From contig CAZEDL010000004.1 of the NCBI GenBank assembly GCA_964510885.1, positions 3,182 to 67,181 on the forward strand: a stretch of DNA of 64,000 nt, written 5' to 3'. Shown piece after piece: positions 18,388 through 28,798 of the stretch (position 1 is the first letter of the stretch; each line of letters opens with the position of its first letter). This DNA is from an uncultured Gammaproteobacteria bacterium. GTDB taxonomy: Bacteria > Patescibacteriota > Patescibacteriia > Magasanikbacterales > GWA2-37-8. The position numbers and the translations under genes were made by a program. A model generated the notes under the pieces. That model saw only the letters and a list, made by a program, of their open reading frames with translations. It did not search any database and was not told where the DNA came from.

Positions 18388-19722
18388 TTACTGTCGCGCA
18401 TCAACCGGCGTAGCAGTAAACAAAAAAGCTTCGGCAGCCGCTGGCTTTGCCTCTAAAAAATCTTTTAAAAATCGCAAATTAACAGCCAAAGGCAATGACA
18501 ATTGATCAGATGCTAAGAGTTGATCCACAACCTCAATGAGACGCGTCATAGTTGGCACGTAATACGACGTCAAGCCAGAAGTAAAACCACCTTTTACTTC
18601 TTGAGTATTAGCTTCAAAATCAATCACTCGGCCGCGCAGCTTTGTTAGGCCGGAAAATTCCGGCTTGCCACCACGCGCCAGCCAGCGGAAAAACCCGAGA
18701 ATTTTAGTTTCTCCAATTTTGTCTTTATCCAGCATTCCTTTCCCACTGCTTTCTTCGGCCAATTCTCGCTCCATAGTGCGGGTAATCGTAGCAAACAAAT
18801 TACCGTCTTTATCCCAATCGATCATTGCAGCTGAGCCACTGCCGGTCGGAATCAAATAATCGGTGCTTTGTTGGTCATGCCCATTTTGTTTCCACAACAA
18901 GAGATAATGATCTTCGGTAATCCCGAGGGTCGAAGCCCCGATATGGTTATTGAGAAGCGAAGTTGTAAGATCGGCGAAGCGGTGCACCCCCCGACTATCA
19001 GTAGCGATTGGTAACAAGTACGTAGCATCTGCCAATCGTTTGCCACTACTTTGGTCTTCCAGATACCGCCCGGCAATTTCATTGGTCAAAAAGCTATCGT
19101 AATACCCGCCAGCATGGCACACCGCCGTATGAGCCGCAATATCAAGGTCTTCCGACAGGCAGCATTTTAATTCATTGGTAAAATACTTGCGCGTCCGCCG
19201 CGACTGGTTGAATTGAAAACTTAAAAATTTGATAAAAAAATCATCATTTTCCTCTAAGTGATGGCGAATTTTGTGCGGCACTGCATCCGACAAGGTAGCC
19301 CGCCACTCTGGCCCCGTATCGATTAATATCGAATTGAGTAACTTAGAAAATAAAATATATTCGTGGCGCACCATCGGTTCAATCACAAATCCGCGCCCGA
19401 CTTCTTTGTCGGAGGGTTTCACCTCGGCCCAGGCAATCGGCACTGCTTTCATTTCTGCCGGTTCAAAATCAAAAAAATGCTTCACCTCGTGACCAAAATT
19501 AGTTATTTCACGCAGTACTTTGACCACGATCAGCCCAATCAAGAGCACAATCCACCATTCCTCCGAAAAATGGTGGACCAAATTCGGCCCCTCTACAAAA
19601 GTAAGGCTAATAGAAAAAATCAAAATACCCAAATTCAATAATAGCCCCCACAACTCATGCCGTTTAATCCGGCTAAGGTAAGAAATATAATCGCGGTACA
19701 TGACCACTGACATACTAAGCAC
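18388..19722 (-). CDS. membrane-anchored hypothetical protein (possible degenerate Nudix-like segment)
   Basis: Two N-terminal TM helices. ITRTMERELAEESSG loosely resembles a Nudix box. Confidence 0.4.
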   Translation of the reverse strand: MLSMSVVMYRDYISYLSRIKRHELWGLLLNLGILIFSISLTFVEGPNLVHHFSEEWWIVLLIGLIVVKVLREITNFGHEVKHFFDFEPAEMKAVPIAWAEVKPSDKEVGRGFVIEPMVRHEYILFSKLLNSILIDTGPEWRATLSDAVPHKIRHHLEENDDFFIKFLSFQFNQSRRTRKYFTNELKCCLSEDLDIAAHTAVCHAGGYYDSFLTNEIAGRYLEDQSSGKRLADATYLLPIATDSRGVHRFADLTTSLLNNHIGASTLGITEDHYLLLWKQNGHDQQSTDYLIPTGSGSAAMIDWDKDGNLFATITRTMERELAEESSGKGMLDKDKIGETKILGFFRWLARGGKPEFSGLTKLRGRVIDFEANTQEVKGGFTSGLTSYYVPTMTRLIEVVDQLLASDQLSLPLAVNLRFLKDFLEAKPAAAEAFLFTATPVDARQ

Positions 19723-19740
19723 AGTTAAATAATCAACATA

Positions 19741-20226
19741 TCATTGATCAGTACCAGCCTCCAGCCCCAGTCGCTTCACCCAATCTTCGGTCAGTGCAGC
19801 AGCGGCTTCTTCCACTTGCTTCGGCGTCCAATCAGCGTGCTCCGCTTCAATATCGCGCCGGTGTTCGGCAGTTAACACAGCTTTCAAGTCGCCAAGCTGG
19901 CTTTTCAAATCAAACATTTTTTTCTTCAGTAGATCGAGCGTCTTTTGGTCTTGCTCGACCGAGGGAATAACGCTATCTGCTTGGGGGGAGAGCTGCAATT
20001 GCGCCCGGATAGCGGCTACTGCTTTCACCACTTGCTGCATACTCCCCATCACCCGCTGAGCCTGCTGCTGCGTAGTCCGGACTTCTTTGGTTACCTGTTC
20101 GGCTCGCTCCCTGGCGCCAAGTTTTTTTTCAAGCTCTTCAGCCTGCTTTTCTTTGCTCGCTTCGACACCAATCTCCCTGCCCTCTGACCGGTTCACACGC
20201 TGCTGATTTTCTGATTCGAAAGACAT
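19741..20226 (-). CDS. coiled-coil hypothetical protein
   Basis: 161 aa rich in Glu/Lys/Gln with heptad-like repeats. Confidence 0.45.
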   Translation of the reverse strand: MSFESENQQRVNRSEGREIGVEASKEKQAEELEKKLGARERAEQVTKEVRTTQQQAQRVMGSMQQVVKAVAAIRAQLQLSPQADSVIPSVEQDQKTLDLLKKKMFDLKSQLGDLKAVLTAEHRRDIEAEHADWTPKQVEEAAAALTEDWVKRLGLEAGTDQ

Positions 20227-20441
20227 ATTGGTTTAACGTTGTCACCCCGAGCCCTAAACGGATTCTTTTGAAATAAGACTTTACAAAAAACGAAAGATCT
20301 TTATCCTGGTAATCGCTAACAATGTAACAATTTAGCAATATAACAGTTAACTTTTGAAACAAAAATTCCTCTTTTGACGTCGGAATGACAATTTAGAGAA
20401 ACATTGCCAACAAAAATAATCTCCGTTACAATACTAACATT

Positions 20442-21479
20442 ATGACCTACAAAAATCAAAGCGAATCGCCCGATCGGTTGGTTGAACCAGAGAGTGTTGC
20501 AGCCGAAACCAGCCTAGAAAATTCTCTGCGCCCCGGCCGCTTAACCGACTTTGTCGGCCAAGAGCATATCAAACAAAACCTGAATATCGCCATCCAGGCC
20601 GCCCAAAAACGAAGTGAGCCGCTCGAACATATCCTGTTGTATGGCAACCCTGGCCTTGGCAAAACCACCTTGTCGCATATTATCGGCAAAGAAATGAACG
20701 CCACCGTGCGGGTCACATCCGGGCCTACCCTCGAAAAAGTCGGCGACTTGGCTGCTATTTTATCCAATTTACAAGCCGGGGATATCTTGTTTATTGATGA
20801 AATCCACCGACTGAACAAAACTATTGAAGAAGTGCTCTATCCGGCGCTCGAAGATTTTTCATTAGACATTATTCTTGGCAAAGGCCCAGCCGCGCGCACC
20901 ATACGCATGCCGCTGAACCCCTTCACCCTGATTGGCGCCACCACCAAGCTCAGCCTGTTGTCGGCTCCGCTCCGCGACCGGTTCGGCCACACCTTTCATC
21001 TCAATTTTTACGAAGAAGCCGATATTAAAACCATCGTGGAGCGCAACGCCGGCATTTTGAAGGTGCGCATCGACACACCATCTTCCGCCCTCATCGCCAG
21101 CCGCTCCCGCCGCACCCCGCGCATTGCCAACCGCCTGCTCAAACGGTTGCGGGATATGGCTGAAATTGATAATAACGGCCACATTTCCGAAGCTGTAAGC
21201 AAAAAAGCCCTCAACCTCCTCGCTATCGACCAATTTGGGCTTGATGATCTCGACCGTCGCCTGCTCAGCACACTGATCGAAAAATTCAATGGTGGGCCAA
21301 CCGGCTTATCCACCCTCGCCGCCGCCGTGGCCGAAGAAATGGACACAATCGAGACTGTTTACGAACCTTTTTTGCTGCAAATGGGTTTTATCGAGCGCAC
21401 TCCACGCGGCCGCCTGGCCACGCTCCGGGCTTATGAGCACCTGGGGTTTGATCGACGAATCGAACCAACTTTGTTATAA
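20442..21479 (+). CDS. ruvB: Holliday junction branch-migration ATPase RuvB
   Basis: LRPGRLTDFVGQEHIKQNLNIAIQAAQKRSEPLEHILLYGNPGLGKTTLSHIIGKEM. Confidence 0.95.
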   Translation: MTYKNQSESPDRLVEPESVAAETSLENSLRPGRLTDFVGQEHIKQNLNIAIQAAQKRSEPLEHILLYGNPGLGKTTLSHIIGKEMNATVRVTSGPTLEKVGDLAAILSNLQAGDILFIDEIHRLNKTIEEVLYPALEDFSLDIILGKGPAARTIRMPLNPFTLIGATTKLSLLSAPLRDRFGHTFHLNFYEEADIKTIVERNAGILKVRIDTPSSALIASRSRRTPRIANRLLKRLRDMAEIDNNGHISEAVSKKALNLLAIDQFGLDDLDRRLLSTLIEKFNGGPTGLSTLAAAVAEEMDTIETVYEPFLLQMGFIERTPRGRLATLRAYEHLGFDRRIEPTLL

Positions 21480-21510
21480 TCAGCATACTATCTATTAGAT
21501 AATCATTGTT

Positions 21511-21765
21511 ATGTTTACGGTCGAACTGGCAGTTTTCTTCTATATCTACTTGGCTTTTATAACGGTGTTTGGCGTACTAGTTCTCACGAACCTGCTCCAT
21601 CTTGTTCATACTGGCACCATCACCCTACTCAGCTCCATAGTCACGGGCATAGTGGTAGTTTTCAGCTTTTTTATTATCTCCAGCACCTGGGGTTACGCTC
21701 AAACTATTGACTGGCACACGCCGATCACCCTTTGGGACAATGCCTGGATCGGCAGCTTATTTTAA
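21511..21765 (+). CDS. small membrane protein (2 TM)
   Basis: 84-aa hydrophobic ORF directly upstream of the PH-domain membrane protein. Confidence 0.4.
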   Translation: MFTVELAVFFYIYLAFITVFGVLVLTNLLHLVHTGTITLLSSIVTGIVVVFSFFIISSTWGYAQTIDWHTPITLWDNAWIGSLF

Positions 21766-21780
21766 CGGCTCGGCCCGTGT

Positions 21781-22338
21781 ATGAAATTATCCGAGTTTAT
21801 CCACCAAAAATCATACGAACGCGTAGAACTATTGGTTCGCCATGACTGGGTCACCTTTATTCCTTACGCCTTCATCACCCTAATTTTAGCGGTCATTCCA
21901 TTAGTCCTAAAAGTTCTACTAGACAACATTTTCCCTGGATTTTTGAATAATCCGGTGATCCTGACGTTGGCGATATTGTTTGGCAGCATCTATTATCTGT
22001 CGATCAGCTTATTTTTCTATACCTATTTTGTCACGTTCTATCTTGACCTGCTTATTATCACCAACGATCGTTTGCTCGAAGTGACTCAAACCAATCTCTT
22101 CTACCGATCGGTCTCAGAAATGGATATTTACCACGTACAGGATGTCACCTCTGAAACCAAAGGATTTTTCGGATCAATCTTCCGCTACGGCAACATTCTG
22201 ATCCAAGATTCAAGTGCGCTCACCAAATTCGATCTGCGCCAAGTGCCCGAACCCGATAAATTACGGGAAAAAATTCTGGAACTAGCCGAAATCGACCGCC
22301 GCTTCCATATGAAAAGACACGATATTGCTCCTACGTGA
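21781..22338 (+). CDS. bacterial PH-domain (YdbS/YdbT-like) membrane protein
   Basis: Two TM helices followed by a bPH_2-like domain. Confidence 0.5.
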   Translation: MKLSEFIHQKSYERVELLVRHDWVTFIPYAFITLILAVIPLVLKVLLDNIFPGFLNNPVILTLAILFGSIYYLSISLFFYTYFVTFYLDLLIITNDRLLEVTQTNLFYRSVSEMDIYHVQDVTSETKGFFGSIFRYGNILIQDSSALTKFDLRQVPEPDKLREKILELAEIDRRFHMKRHDIAPT

Positions 22339-22362
22339 TTTAAACTAAACAAACCAACACAT

Positions 22363-22391
22363 AAAAAATCCGGCCGCTAAGCCGGATTTTT
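22363..22391. terminator. bidirectional intrinsic terminator
   Basis: AAAAAATCCGGCCGCTAAGCCGGATTTTT lies between convergent genes. Confidence 0.65.
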
Positions 22392-22410
22392 AAACTCTAT
22401 AAAACAAAAC

Positions 22411-23958
22411 CTAATAAATCCTCTCGATCTTCGTCCCTATATAATAATGCGCCAAAATCTCGCGATAGGCCCACCCATCATTCCCTGCGCGTAGCATCGC
22501 ATCTCGAGCGCTCATCCCAACTCCGTGACCAAGGCGAGTCAGCCCTTTATCATGTATCGCTTCCACCGGCTGTAACCAGGGCTTGTCAGTGCCACCCCAA
22601 GCTGCACTCCACGAGCGAGTAGTGCCATTTGATCGGCTAAAATACGGAGTCACCACCGGCGCGCCATTATACGTAACTAGCTGCCCGGCCGTAGCGGTCG
22701 TAGCCGCTACAATTTTTGGCTGGTTAATTTCACCGTTGTATCCTAAATACAATTGATCGGCAGTGGTAGCCACCATATCAAATACGGGGCGGGGCTTGCC
22801 AGGGGCAGATAATTTCTGCCAAGCATACGATCGCGCCGCCACTTGCAGCGCCTTAGCATATTCGGTCGGCACCCCATCAGACGCTTCGGTTACACCCGCC
22901 ACATATCGCTCTAGCGGCAGCTCATTAATACCCCACACTTCACTCGTTTTTGGATTATAGGCAACAATGAACGTGTCACGATAGACATTAAAATTGCTTT
23001 TACGGCCAGACAGTGTGCGGGTGTATTCGGGCAATTCCCAATAGCTGCCGGGGTCAAGCGGCGAGAAATAAAGTGGAAAAGTGGTTTTTAAAACCTGGTC
23101 AGGCCAGCGAGCTTCATACTGACCATCTTTATAATAAACACTCACACGGGTGCCAGCGGGTAAAACAGCGAGCGTGGACGTGCCGGAAATCATCTGGTAA
23201 TCAAAGGGTGACGTCCATACGATCGGCTCTGCGCTTGAAAACAAATTAATCCTGACCCGCGGTTCTGCTACTAGTGGCCGCTCTGGCGGAAGTGCATCAT
23301 CCCAAAACCCGACAATTTCGGTAGTAGTGGCTGCAGTCTCGGTTGTTGGCAGGGCGCTTACAGCCGGAGTAGAGGTGATTGGTGTCGAGCTGGCTAATAC
23401 CGCTTGAACCGTACTCGTAACCACCGGCACAGCTGGCGCACTCACCGCCGCTGCATTTTTTACAACTTTAATAACAATATAAAAATGTGAATCATTAATC
23501 CAGGTGGTATTTTCCGCTGCCAAATAAAAATCTTCGCGATATATTCCTGGTGTCTGTGGTGCCGTTATTGTAAACGTCAGCTTGGCAGTCTCCCCAGAAG
23601 CCGCCTTGGCTACAATCCGCGCCGGACGACTGGAAGATAGCCAGGTTTTTCCCCGCAACGAACTGACATGGTAATTAGGATCGACTGTATAAGCTGATAC
23701 CTCTCTTGGGCCAGAGGCAGACCACAGCTCCCTACCCTTATTTTTAAAGGTAAAAGTCACTGTTTTGGAACCACCAGGTAAGAATGTCGTTCCATCCGGC
23801 AGCGACTGGCCCAAAAGCTCCGCGCTATAGCGAGTATTTTTTATCACCGGCGCGGTTATTTTGGCCGACGCGGGAGTAACTTGAGAAAAAATTACTAAAC
23901 TTAAAAGCACCCCCGTTAAAATCGCGCTACCGCGCGCTAATCGATTGAAAAAATGCAT
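22411..23958 (-). CDS. SpoIID/LytB-domain protein (secreted)
   Basis: C-terminal GHGVGMSARDAMLRAGNDGWAYREILAHYYIGTKIE is the SpoIID signature. Confidence 0.75.
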   Translation of the reverse strand: MHFFNRLARGSAILTGVLLSLVIFSQVTPASAKITAPVIKNTRYSAELLGQSLPDGTTFLPGGSKTVTFTFKNKGRELWSASGPREVSAYTVDPNYHVSSLRGKTWLSSSRPARIVAKAASGETAKLTFTITAPQTPGIYREDFYLAAENTTWINDSHFYIVIKVVKNAAAVSAPAVPVVTSTVQAVLASSTPITSTPAVSALPTTETAATTTEIVGFWDDALPPERPLVAEPRVRINLFSSAEPIVWTSPFDYQMISGTSTLAVLPAGTRVSVYYKDGQYEARWPDQVLKTTFPLYFSPLDPGSYWELPEYTRTLSGRKSNFNVYRDTFIVAYNPKTSEVWGINELPLERYVAGVTEASDGVPTEYAKALQVAARSYAWQKLSAPGKPRPVFDMVATTADQLYLGYNGEINQPKIVAATTATAGQLVTYNGAPVVTPYFSRSNGTTRSWSAAWGGTDKPWLQPVEAIHDKGLTRLGHGVGMSARDAMLRAGNDGWAYREILAHYYIGTKIERIY

Positions 23959-24129
23959 AGCACAAATCAGTATACCATGCGTTGCAGCAGGGTACAACGA
24001 ATGATATACTAAATAAAATTCCTAATTCACCTAATATCTAATATTAGCAGCATTTCCAAGGCCTCATTTCCAATTTAGTATTGGACACCATATTAGACAT
24101 TAGAAATTAAAATTTAGAAATTTAAAAAT

Positions 24130-24429
24130 ATGGGGTTCTTCTCAGTTCTATTTGGCGGCACCGAATACTCCACCACTCCCCACCCGCTCAGTACCGACGC
24201 CATGCAGCACCTCTTCTGGAAAATCGACCACCCTAATCTTTCAGTTCATCTAAAACAATTGGTGGAGGCCGAAGTTCTCAAAGGCCGCAGCGATGCCGGC
24301 CAAATTTCCCTGGCCCACATCCGCACCATCCTAATCGGGCTTGAACACCGTCATTTACTGACCGAATTTAATCGGCGGGATTTTTTTACCATTTTCAAAA
24401 ACTATTTCGAGACTCATTTTAAATCCTAA
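24130..24429 (+). CDS. hypothetical small protein
   Basis: 99-aa ORF immediately upstream of the flippase gene. Confidence 0.35.
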   Translation: MGFFSVLFGGTEYSTTPHPLSTDAMQHLFWKIDHPNLSVHLKQLVEAEVLKGRSDAGQISLAHIRTILIGLEHRHLLTEFNRRDFFTIFKNYFETHFKS

Positions 24430-24430
24430 C

Positions 24431-25846
24431 ATGTCCGTTAACCAGATCATTGCCAAGAACACCCTGTCCCAGGTCGGGGGTAAAATAATCAGCACGCTGC
24501 TCGGGCTCGTGGCCGTAGCCATCATGACGCGCAGCCTGGGGGTAGAACAATTCGGTTGGTATGTTACCGCCGTAGGCTTCTTGCAATTTGTAGGGATTTT
24601 AAGTGATTTTGGCTTCATCATTACCACCACCAGCCTGTTGTCCGAACCGGCCTTTGATAAAGACAAGCTATTTAACACCCTTTTCAGTTGGCGATTTGTG
24701 AGTGCTCTGATATTCCAAGGGTTTGCTCCACTGATCTTTCTCGCCCTGCCCTATCCGGCACCGGTAAAAATTGGCGTCACTATTACCAGCATCTCTTTCT
24801 TTGCTCTGGCTATCGGCCAAGTATTTATCGGCTATTACCAAGCTAAGCTGCAAAATTATCAACAAGCAATTAGTGAAATTGTGGGTCGGGCCGCTCTCGC
24901 CCTCGGCGTAGCGCTCGCGGCCATAAGCCAAGCCGGATTTGTAGCCATGATGGTCGCCGTCACCCTGGCATCGGTAATTTCCACCACCTATTTGATAATT
25001 AAACACGGCCGGGTCACCTGGAGTTTTGACCGAGCCATCTCACGGGCCATTTTTATCCGCATGTGGCCAACCGCACTCTCAGTAATCTGTAACGCCTTCT
25101 ACCTGCAGGGCGACCGAGTCCTGCTACCATTGTTTGTGAGCCAAACCACCGTCGGGCTCTACGGCGCCGCCTACCGCGTGCTTGACATTATCATCCAGGT
25201 GGCCGCTCTAGTGATGGGGGTCATGATGCCGCTAGCCACCTTTGCCTGGTCACGGGGCCAGCTAGCTGATTTCAAAAAATATTTTCACCTCAGTCTAACC
25301 CTAGTTGCCACAATTCTATTTCCAGCCGTGGCCGGAATCTTTATTTTGGACGAACCAATCATGTCATTTGTGGCCGGAGCCGAATTTGCTAGTGCCGGAT
25401 ATATGCTCCGCTACCTGAGTCTCGCTATTTTCGGGATCTGTTTTGGGTTAGCATTTGGCTATTTGGCCCTGGCGATCAACCGTCAGCGCCAGGCACTACT
25501 CATCTACTTCTCCGATGCCCTTATCAGCACTCTGGCCTATATTATCTGTATTCGCTGGTGGGGGGTGAAAGGGGCGATTGGCGTCACAATTTTTTCTGAG
25601 CTGTACGCCGGAATCGGCCTCGCAATTATAGTTATTTCCTATACAAAACTGCGGCCGAATTTATTGACACTCGGTAAAATTGCGCTGGCCAGCCTGATCA
25701 TGGCTGGCTGCACCGCACCCTTTGCCAGGGCCCCCTTGCCCATTTCACTTAGCATCGGCCTCCTTAGTTACTCCGCCCTGGTAGTTATATTTCGAGTTAT
25801 TTCCCCCGCCGCCCTACGAGAACTATTAGTTGCCAAAAAGACCTAA
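24431..25846 (+). CDS. MOP-superfamily oligosaccharide/lipid-II flippase (Wzx/MurJ-like)
   Basis: About 14 TM helices. N-terminal KNTLSQVGGKIISTLLGLVAVAIMTRSLGVEQFG is typical of polysaccharide-biosynthesis flippases. Confidence 0.65.
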   Translation: MSVNQIIAKNTLSQVGGKIISTLLGLVAVAIMTRSLGVEQFGWYVTAVGFLQFVGILSDFGFIITTTSLLSEPAFDKDKLFNTLFSWRFVSALIFQGFAPLIFLALPYPAPVKIGVTITSISFFALAIGQVFIGYYQAKLQNYQQAISEIVGRAALALGVALAAISQAGFVAMMVAVTLASVISTTYLIIKHGRVTWSFDRAISRAIFIRMWPTALSVICNAFYLQGDRVLLPLFVSQTTVGLYGAAYRVLDIIIQVAALVMGVMMPLATFAWSRGQLADFKKYFHLSLTLVATILFPAVAGIFILDEPIMSFVAGAEFASAGYMLRYLSLAIFGICFGLAFGYLALAINRQRQALLIYFSDALISTLAYIICIRWWGVKGAIGVTIFSELYAGIGLAIIVISYTKLRPNLLTLGKIALASLIMAGCTAPFARAPLPISLSIGLLSYSALVVIFRVISPAALRELLVAKKT

Positions 25847-25949
25847 TCTGGTAGAATATTGCTACATAAAACATCAAACGTAAAATACGGTAATCACAGA
25901 TAATCTATCAATCACATGTTTCATGTTTTAAGTTTAAAGCTTCATAGAT

Positions 25950-27002
25950 ATGGACTTTAGCAAACTCAAAAATTATCTGTTTCTCGGGCTCTTGATTGCC
26001 GTTACCGGGTTGTTCTTCTCCATTCTGAAGCCTTTTGTCTACCCCCTCTTCTGGGCAGCTGTCATCGCCACTTTGTTTTATCCCTTATTCAAAAAAATCA
26101 ACGACTCCTTTAAACGCCCGAATTTAAGTGCCGCTGCTTCTTTGGCCATTATCACGGTGAGCATACTCTTACCTATCAGCATTATCGGGACCTTGCTAAT
26201 CAAAGAATCGGTCGGTATTTACAGCGCCATCAACGATAATCGCGGCGAGATTAGTGAGTCGCTGCAAAAATTTTTCTCGGCCTTACAGCACAACCAATTC
26301 ACCGCCGGGCTACAGATCGACCAAGAGCTGATAAGCGAAAAAATAAGCGAGGTCAGCCGGAACGTGGTTACTTTTATCTTTAATATCGTCACGAACTTTA
26401 CACAAAATTCCCTCACCTTTATCGGGTTATTTATCATGATGCTCTATGCCTTATTTTTCTTCTTGCGCGATGGTGAGAGAATGCTAAAAAAAGTGATGTA
26501 CCTGTGCCCGCTTGGCGATCGCTACGAACAATTACTCTATAAAAAATTCACTTCGACTGCCCTGGCTACCCTAAAAGGTGTGCTTATTATCGGCAGTATC
26601 CAAGGGCTACTTGGCGGCATTGCCTTGGCTGTTGCCGGTGTGCAGGGCGCCCTTATTTGGGGAATCTTAATGGCCTTTTTCTCTATCACCCCCGGTATTG
26701 GCTGCGCCATCATTTGGGTGCCAGCCAGTATTATCTTGTTTTTAACGGGCGATATTACAGGAGGGTTGATTGTAGCCGGCGTCGGTCTTTTGCTCATCAG
26801 CACTATCGACAACCTGCTGCGCCCGGTGCTGGTCGGTAAAAATATTCAAATGCATCCGTTATATATTCTATTTTCAACATTGGGCGGCATTGCACTATTT
26901 GGCATTTCCGGCTTTGTAATCGGTCCTGTTATTACCGCTCTATTTTTGTCCTTCTGGGAAATTTACGAACAATATTATCACAGCGAATTAACTCAAAATT
27001 AA
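25950..27002 (+). CDS. AI-2E family transporter (UPF0118/PerM-like)
   Basis: 8-TM topology with the characteristic C-terminal GxxLxGxxGxxLxxP-like region. Confidence 0.7.
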   Translation: MDFSKLKNYLFLGLLIAVTGLFFSILKPFVYPLFWAAVIATLFYPLFKKINDSFKRPNLSAAASLAIITVSILLPISIIGTLLIKESVGIYSAINDNRGEISESLQKFFSALQHNQFTAGLQIDQELISEKISEVSRNVVTFIFNIVTNFTQNSLTFIGLFIMMLYALFFFLRDGERMLKKVMYLCPLGDRYEQLLYKKFTSTALATLKGVLIIGSIQGLLGGIALAVAGVQGALIWGILMAFFSITPGIGCAIIWVPASIILFLTGDITGGLIVAGVGLLLISTIDNLLRPVLVGKNIQMHPLYILFSTLGGIALFGISGFVIGPVITALFLSFWEIYEQYYHSELTQN

Positions 27003-27005
27003 TCT

Positions 27006-27470
27006 ATGCAAGCGAGCGCTCTCGGATTATTCCCCCTCTTCGACGCCAGCAGCTACCGGGTAGGAATTGTAGTCTCTAGTTTCAACCATGATCTAACCAG
27101 CGGGCTACTCGATCAGGCACTGAGTGAACTAGAGCGCTACCAAGTAAAAAAAACCAATATTACTACGATCACCGTAGCTGGCTGTATTGAAATCCCCGTC
27201 GTGATCGAGGCCATGGCGCACAAAAAATCATTTGATTGTCTGATTGTACTCGGTGTGGTAATCCGCGGCGACACCCCTCATTTTGAATACGTTTGTAAAA
27301 TTGTCTCCGAAGGAGTGCGGCATACCATGCAAGCTCACACCCTTCCAGTCGGGTTTGGCATTCTGACCTTGAATAAAAAAAGTCAGGCTGCCGAACGCCT
27401 GATAGCCGGAGCTTCTGCAGCTGCAGCGGCGTTACAAGCCGCCAAGGCAATCAAACAGATTATTGAATAG
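27006..27470 (+). CDS. ribH: 6,7-dimethyl-8-ribityllumazine synthase
   Basis: YRVGIVVSSFNHDLTSGLL ... IEIPVVIEAM ... VIRGDTPHFEYVC. Confidence 0.85.
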   Translation: MQASALGLFPLFDASSYRVGIVVSSFNHDLTSGLLDQALSELERYQVKKTNITTITVAGCIEIPVVIEAMAHKKSFDCLIVLGVVIRGDTPHFEYVCKIVSEGVRHTMQAHTLPVGFGILTLNKKSQAAERLIAGASAAAAALQAAKAIKQIIE

Positions 27471-27562
27471 CCAAAAATAATTAGGCCAACCATCTCCTTT
27501 CCCTGACCACCGTAATCTACTGTCTGGTTCCCAATTAACCATACTGATACTATGTCTACCGT

Positions 27563-28477
27563 ATGTCTTTAACAAATTATTGGTCCGGTTTACTAGGCAT
27601 AGTAATTATAATTGTCAGCTACCTTCTGTTTCGTTACTGGCAAAAAATTAAACAAGCGCCAATCATGTTAGATAATCTTCCCGGGATTAAGCGCATCACT
27701 ACCAGTTTTTTAAATAACTACAGCACGGACTTTACCATACTGGCCCGACAAGGAAGAATTGACCCGATCATCGGACGAGTCGAAGAAGTACGTAAGCTCA
27801 CCCAAGTACTGGCTCGACGCACAAAAAATAACGCTCTCTTAATCGGCGCTCCTGGTGTCGGTAAAACTGCCATTGTGGAAGGTCTAGCCCAGAGAATTAT
27901 AAAAAAAGACGTTCCAGAAACCTTACTTAATAAACGGGTTCTAGCCCTTGATGTGGCGACTATTATGTCTGGCACCAAATACCGTGGAGAATTTGAACAA
28001 CGCGCTAAAAAAATTATCCAGGAAATCAGCGCTTCTCAACGCTCAATCATACTCTTTATCGACGAAATACATTCCGTAGTTCAATCGCAAGGCAGTGAAG
28101 GCTCGATCAATCTTTCCGACATCTTAAAACCAGCTTTAGCGCGGGGAGATCTTCAGATGATTGGGGCGACAACTACTGAAGAGTATACTAAATACATAAA
28201 AACTGATCCCAGTTTTGATCGTCGTTTCCAACCCATTGAAGTTGTGGAAGCAAGTGAAAATGAAACCTTAGACATTCTTCAGGGGGTGAAAGAAAAATAT
28301 CAGGAATACCATAAAGTTACCTTTACCGATGCCGCTTTGAAGACTGCTGTTCAGCTAGGAAAGCAGCTTATTACTGACCGCAAATTACCAGACAAGGCTA
28401 TTGACGCCCTTGATGAAGCGGCCGCCATGGTGAAAGTAAGCAATATTTCTACCGCTGTCAGCACTGTCCTCTATTAA
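27563..28477 (+). CDS. Clp/Hsp100-family AAA+ ATPase, D1 domain only, with N-terminal TM helix (truncated)
   Basis: Walker A GAPGVGKTA and IDEIH as in the first AAA module of ClpB/ClpC. The ORF stops after D1 and has no Clp N-domain. Confidence 0.6.
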   Translation: MSLTNYWSGLLGIVIIIVSYLLFRYWQKIKQAPIMLDNLPGIKRITTSFLNNYSTDFTILARQGRIDPIIGRVEEVRKLTQVLARRTKNNALLIGAPGVGKTAIVEGLAQRIIKKDVPETLLNKRVLALDVATIMSGTKYRGEFEQRAKKIIQEISASQRSIILFIDEIHSVVQSQGSEGSINLSDILKPALARGDLQMIGATTTEEYTKYIKTDPSFDRRFQPIEVVEASENETLDILQGVKEKYQEYHKVTFTDAALKTAVQLGKQLITDRKLPDKAIDALDEAAAMVKVSNISTAVSTVLY

Positions 28478-28479
28478 AC

Positions 28480-28680
28480 CGCGGCTACTGCCACCCCGAA
28501 GTAGCGGAATTGTTGAAAAAAATTCAAGATTTGGACCGTCAAATCCTGACCGCAAACGATCACGAACTAACTATTTTGACGCAAAAAAGAGAAGTGCATG
28601 AAACAGAACTCAGCCATAGCGGAGTAGTCACGGTTGACTCAAGTGATGTAGAAAAAGTTATTAAAGAATGGACTAATTAA
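28480..28680 (+). pseudogene. out-of-frame remnant of the Clp middle-domain/D2 junction
   Basis: In the +1 frame after the D1 stop: LKKIQDLDRQILTANDHELTILTQKREVHETELSHSGVVTVDSSDVEKVIKEWT. This resembles the coiled coil and the VTEEDIAEVVSRWTGIP junction of ClpB. No D2 follows. Confidence 0.35.
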
Positions 28681-28798
28681 TTATTTCTGGAACCACTTCC
28701 AGAATTTTATTTTTAACAGCAAGTGTATACCTCTTAACACGAGCACACAAACCACGTCAAAAACAGGAACTAAATTAGCCGTAGCCGCGGCGGTACTC

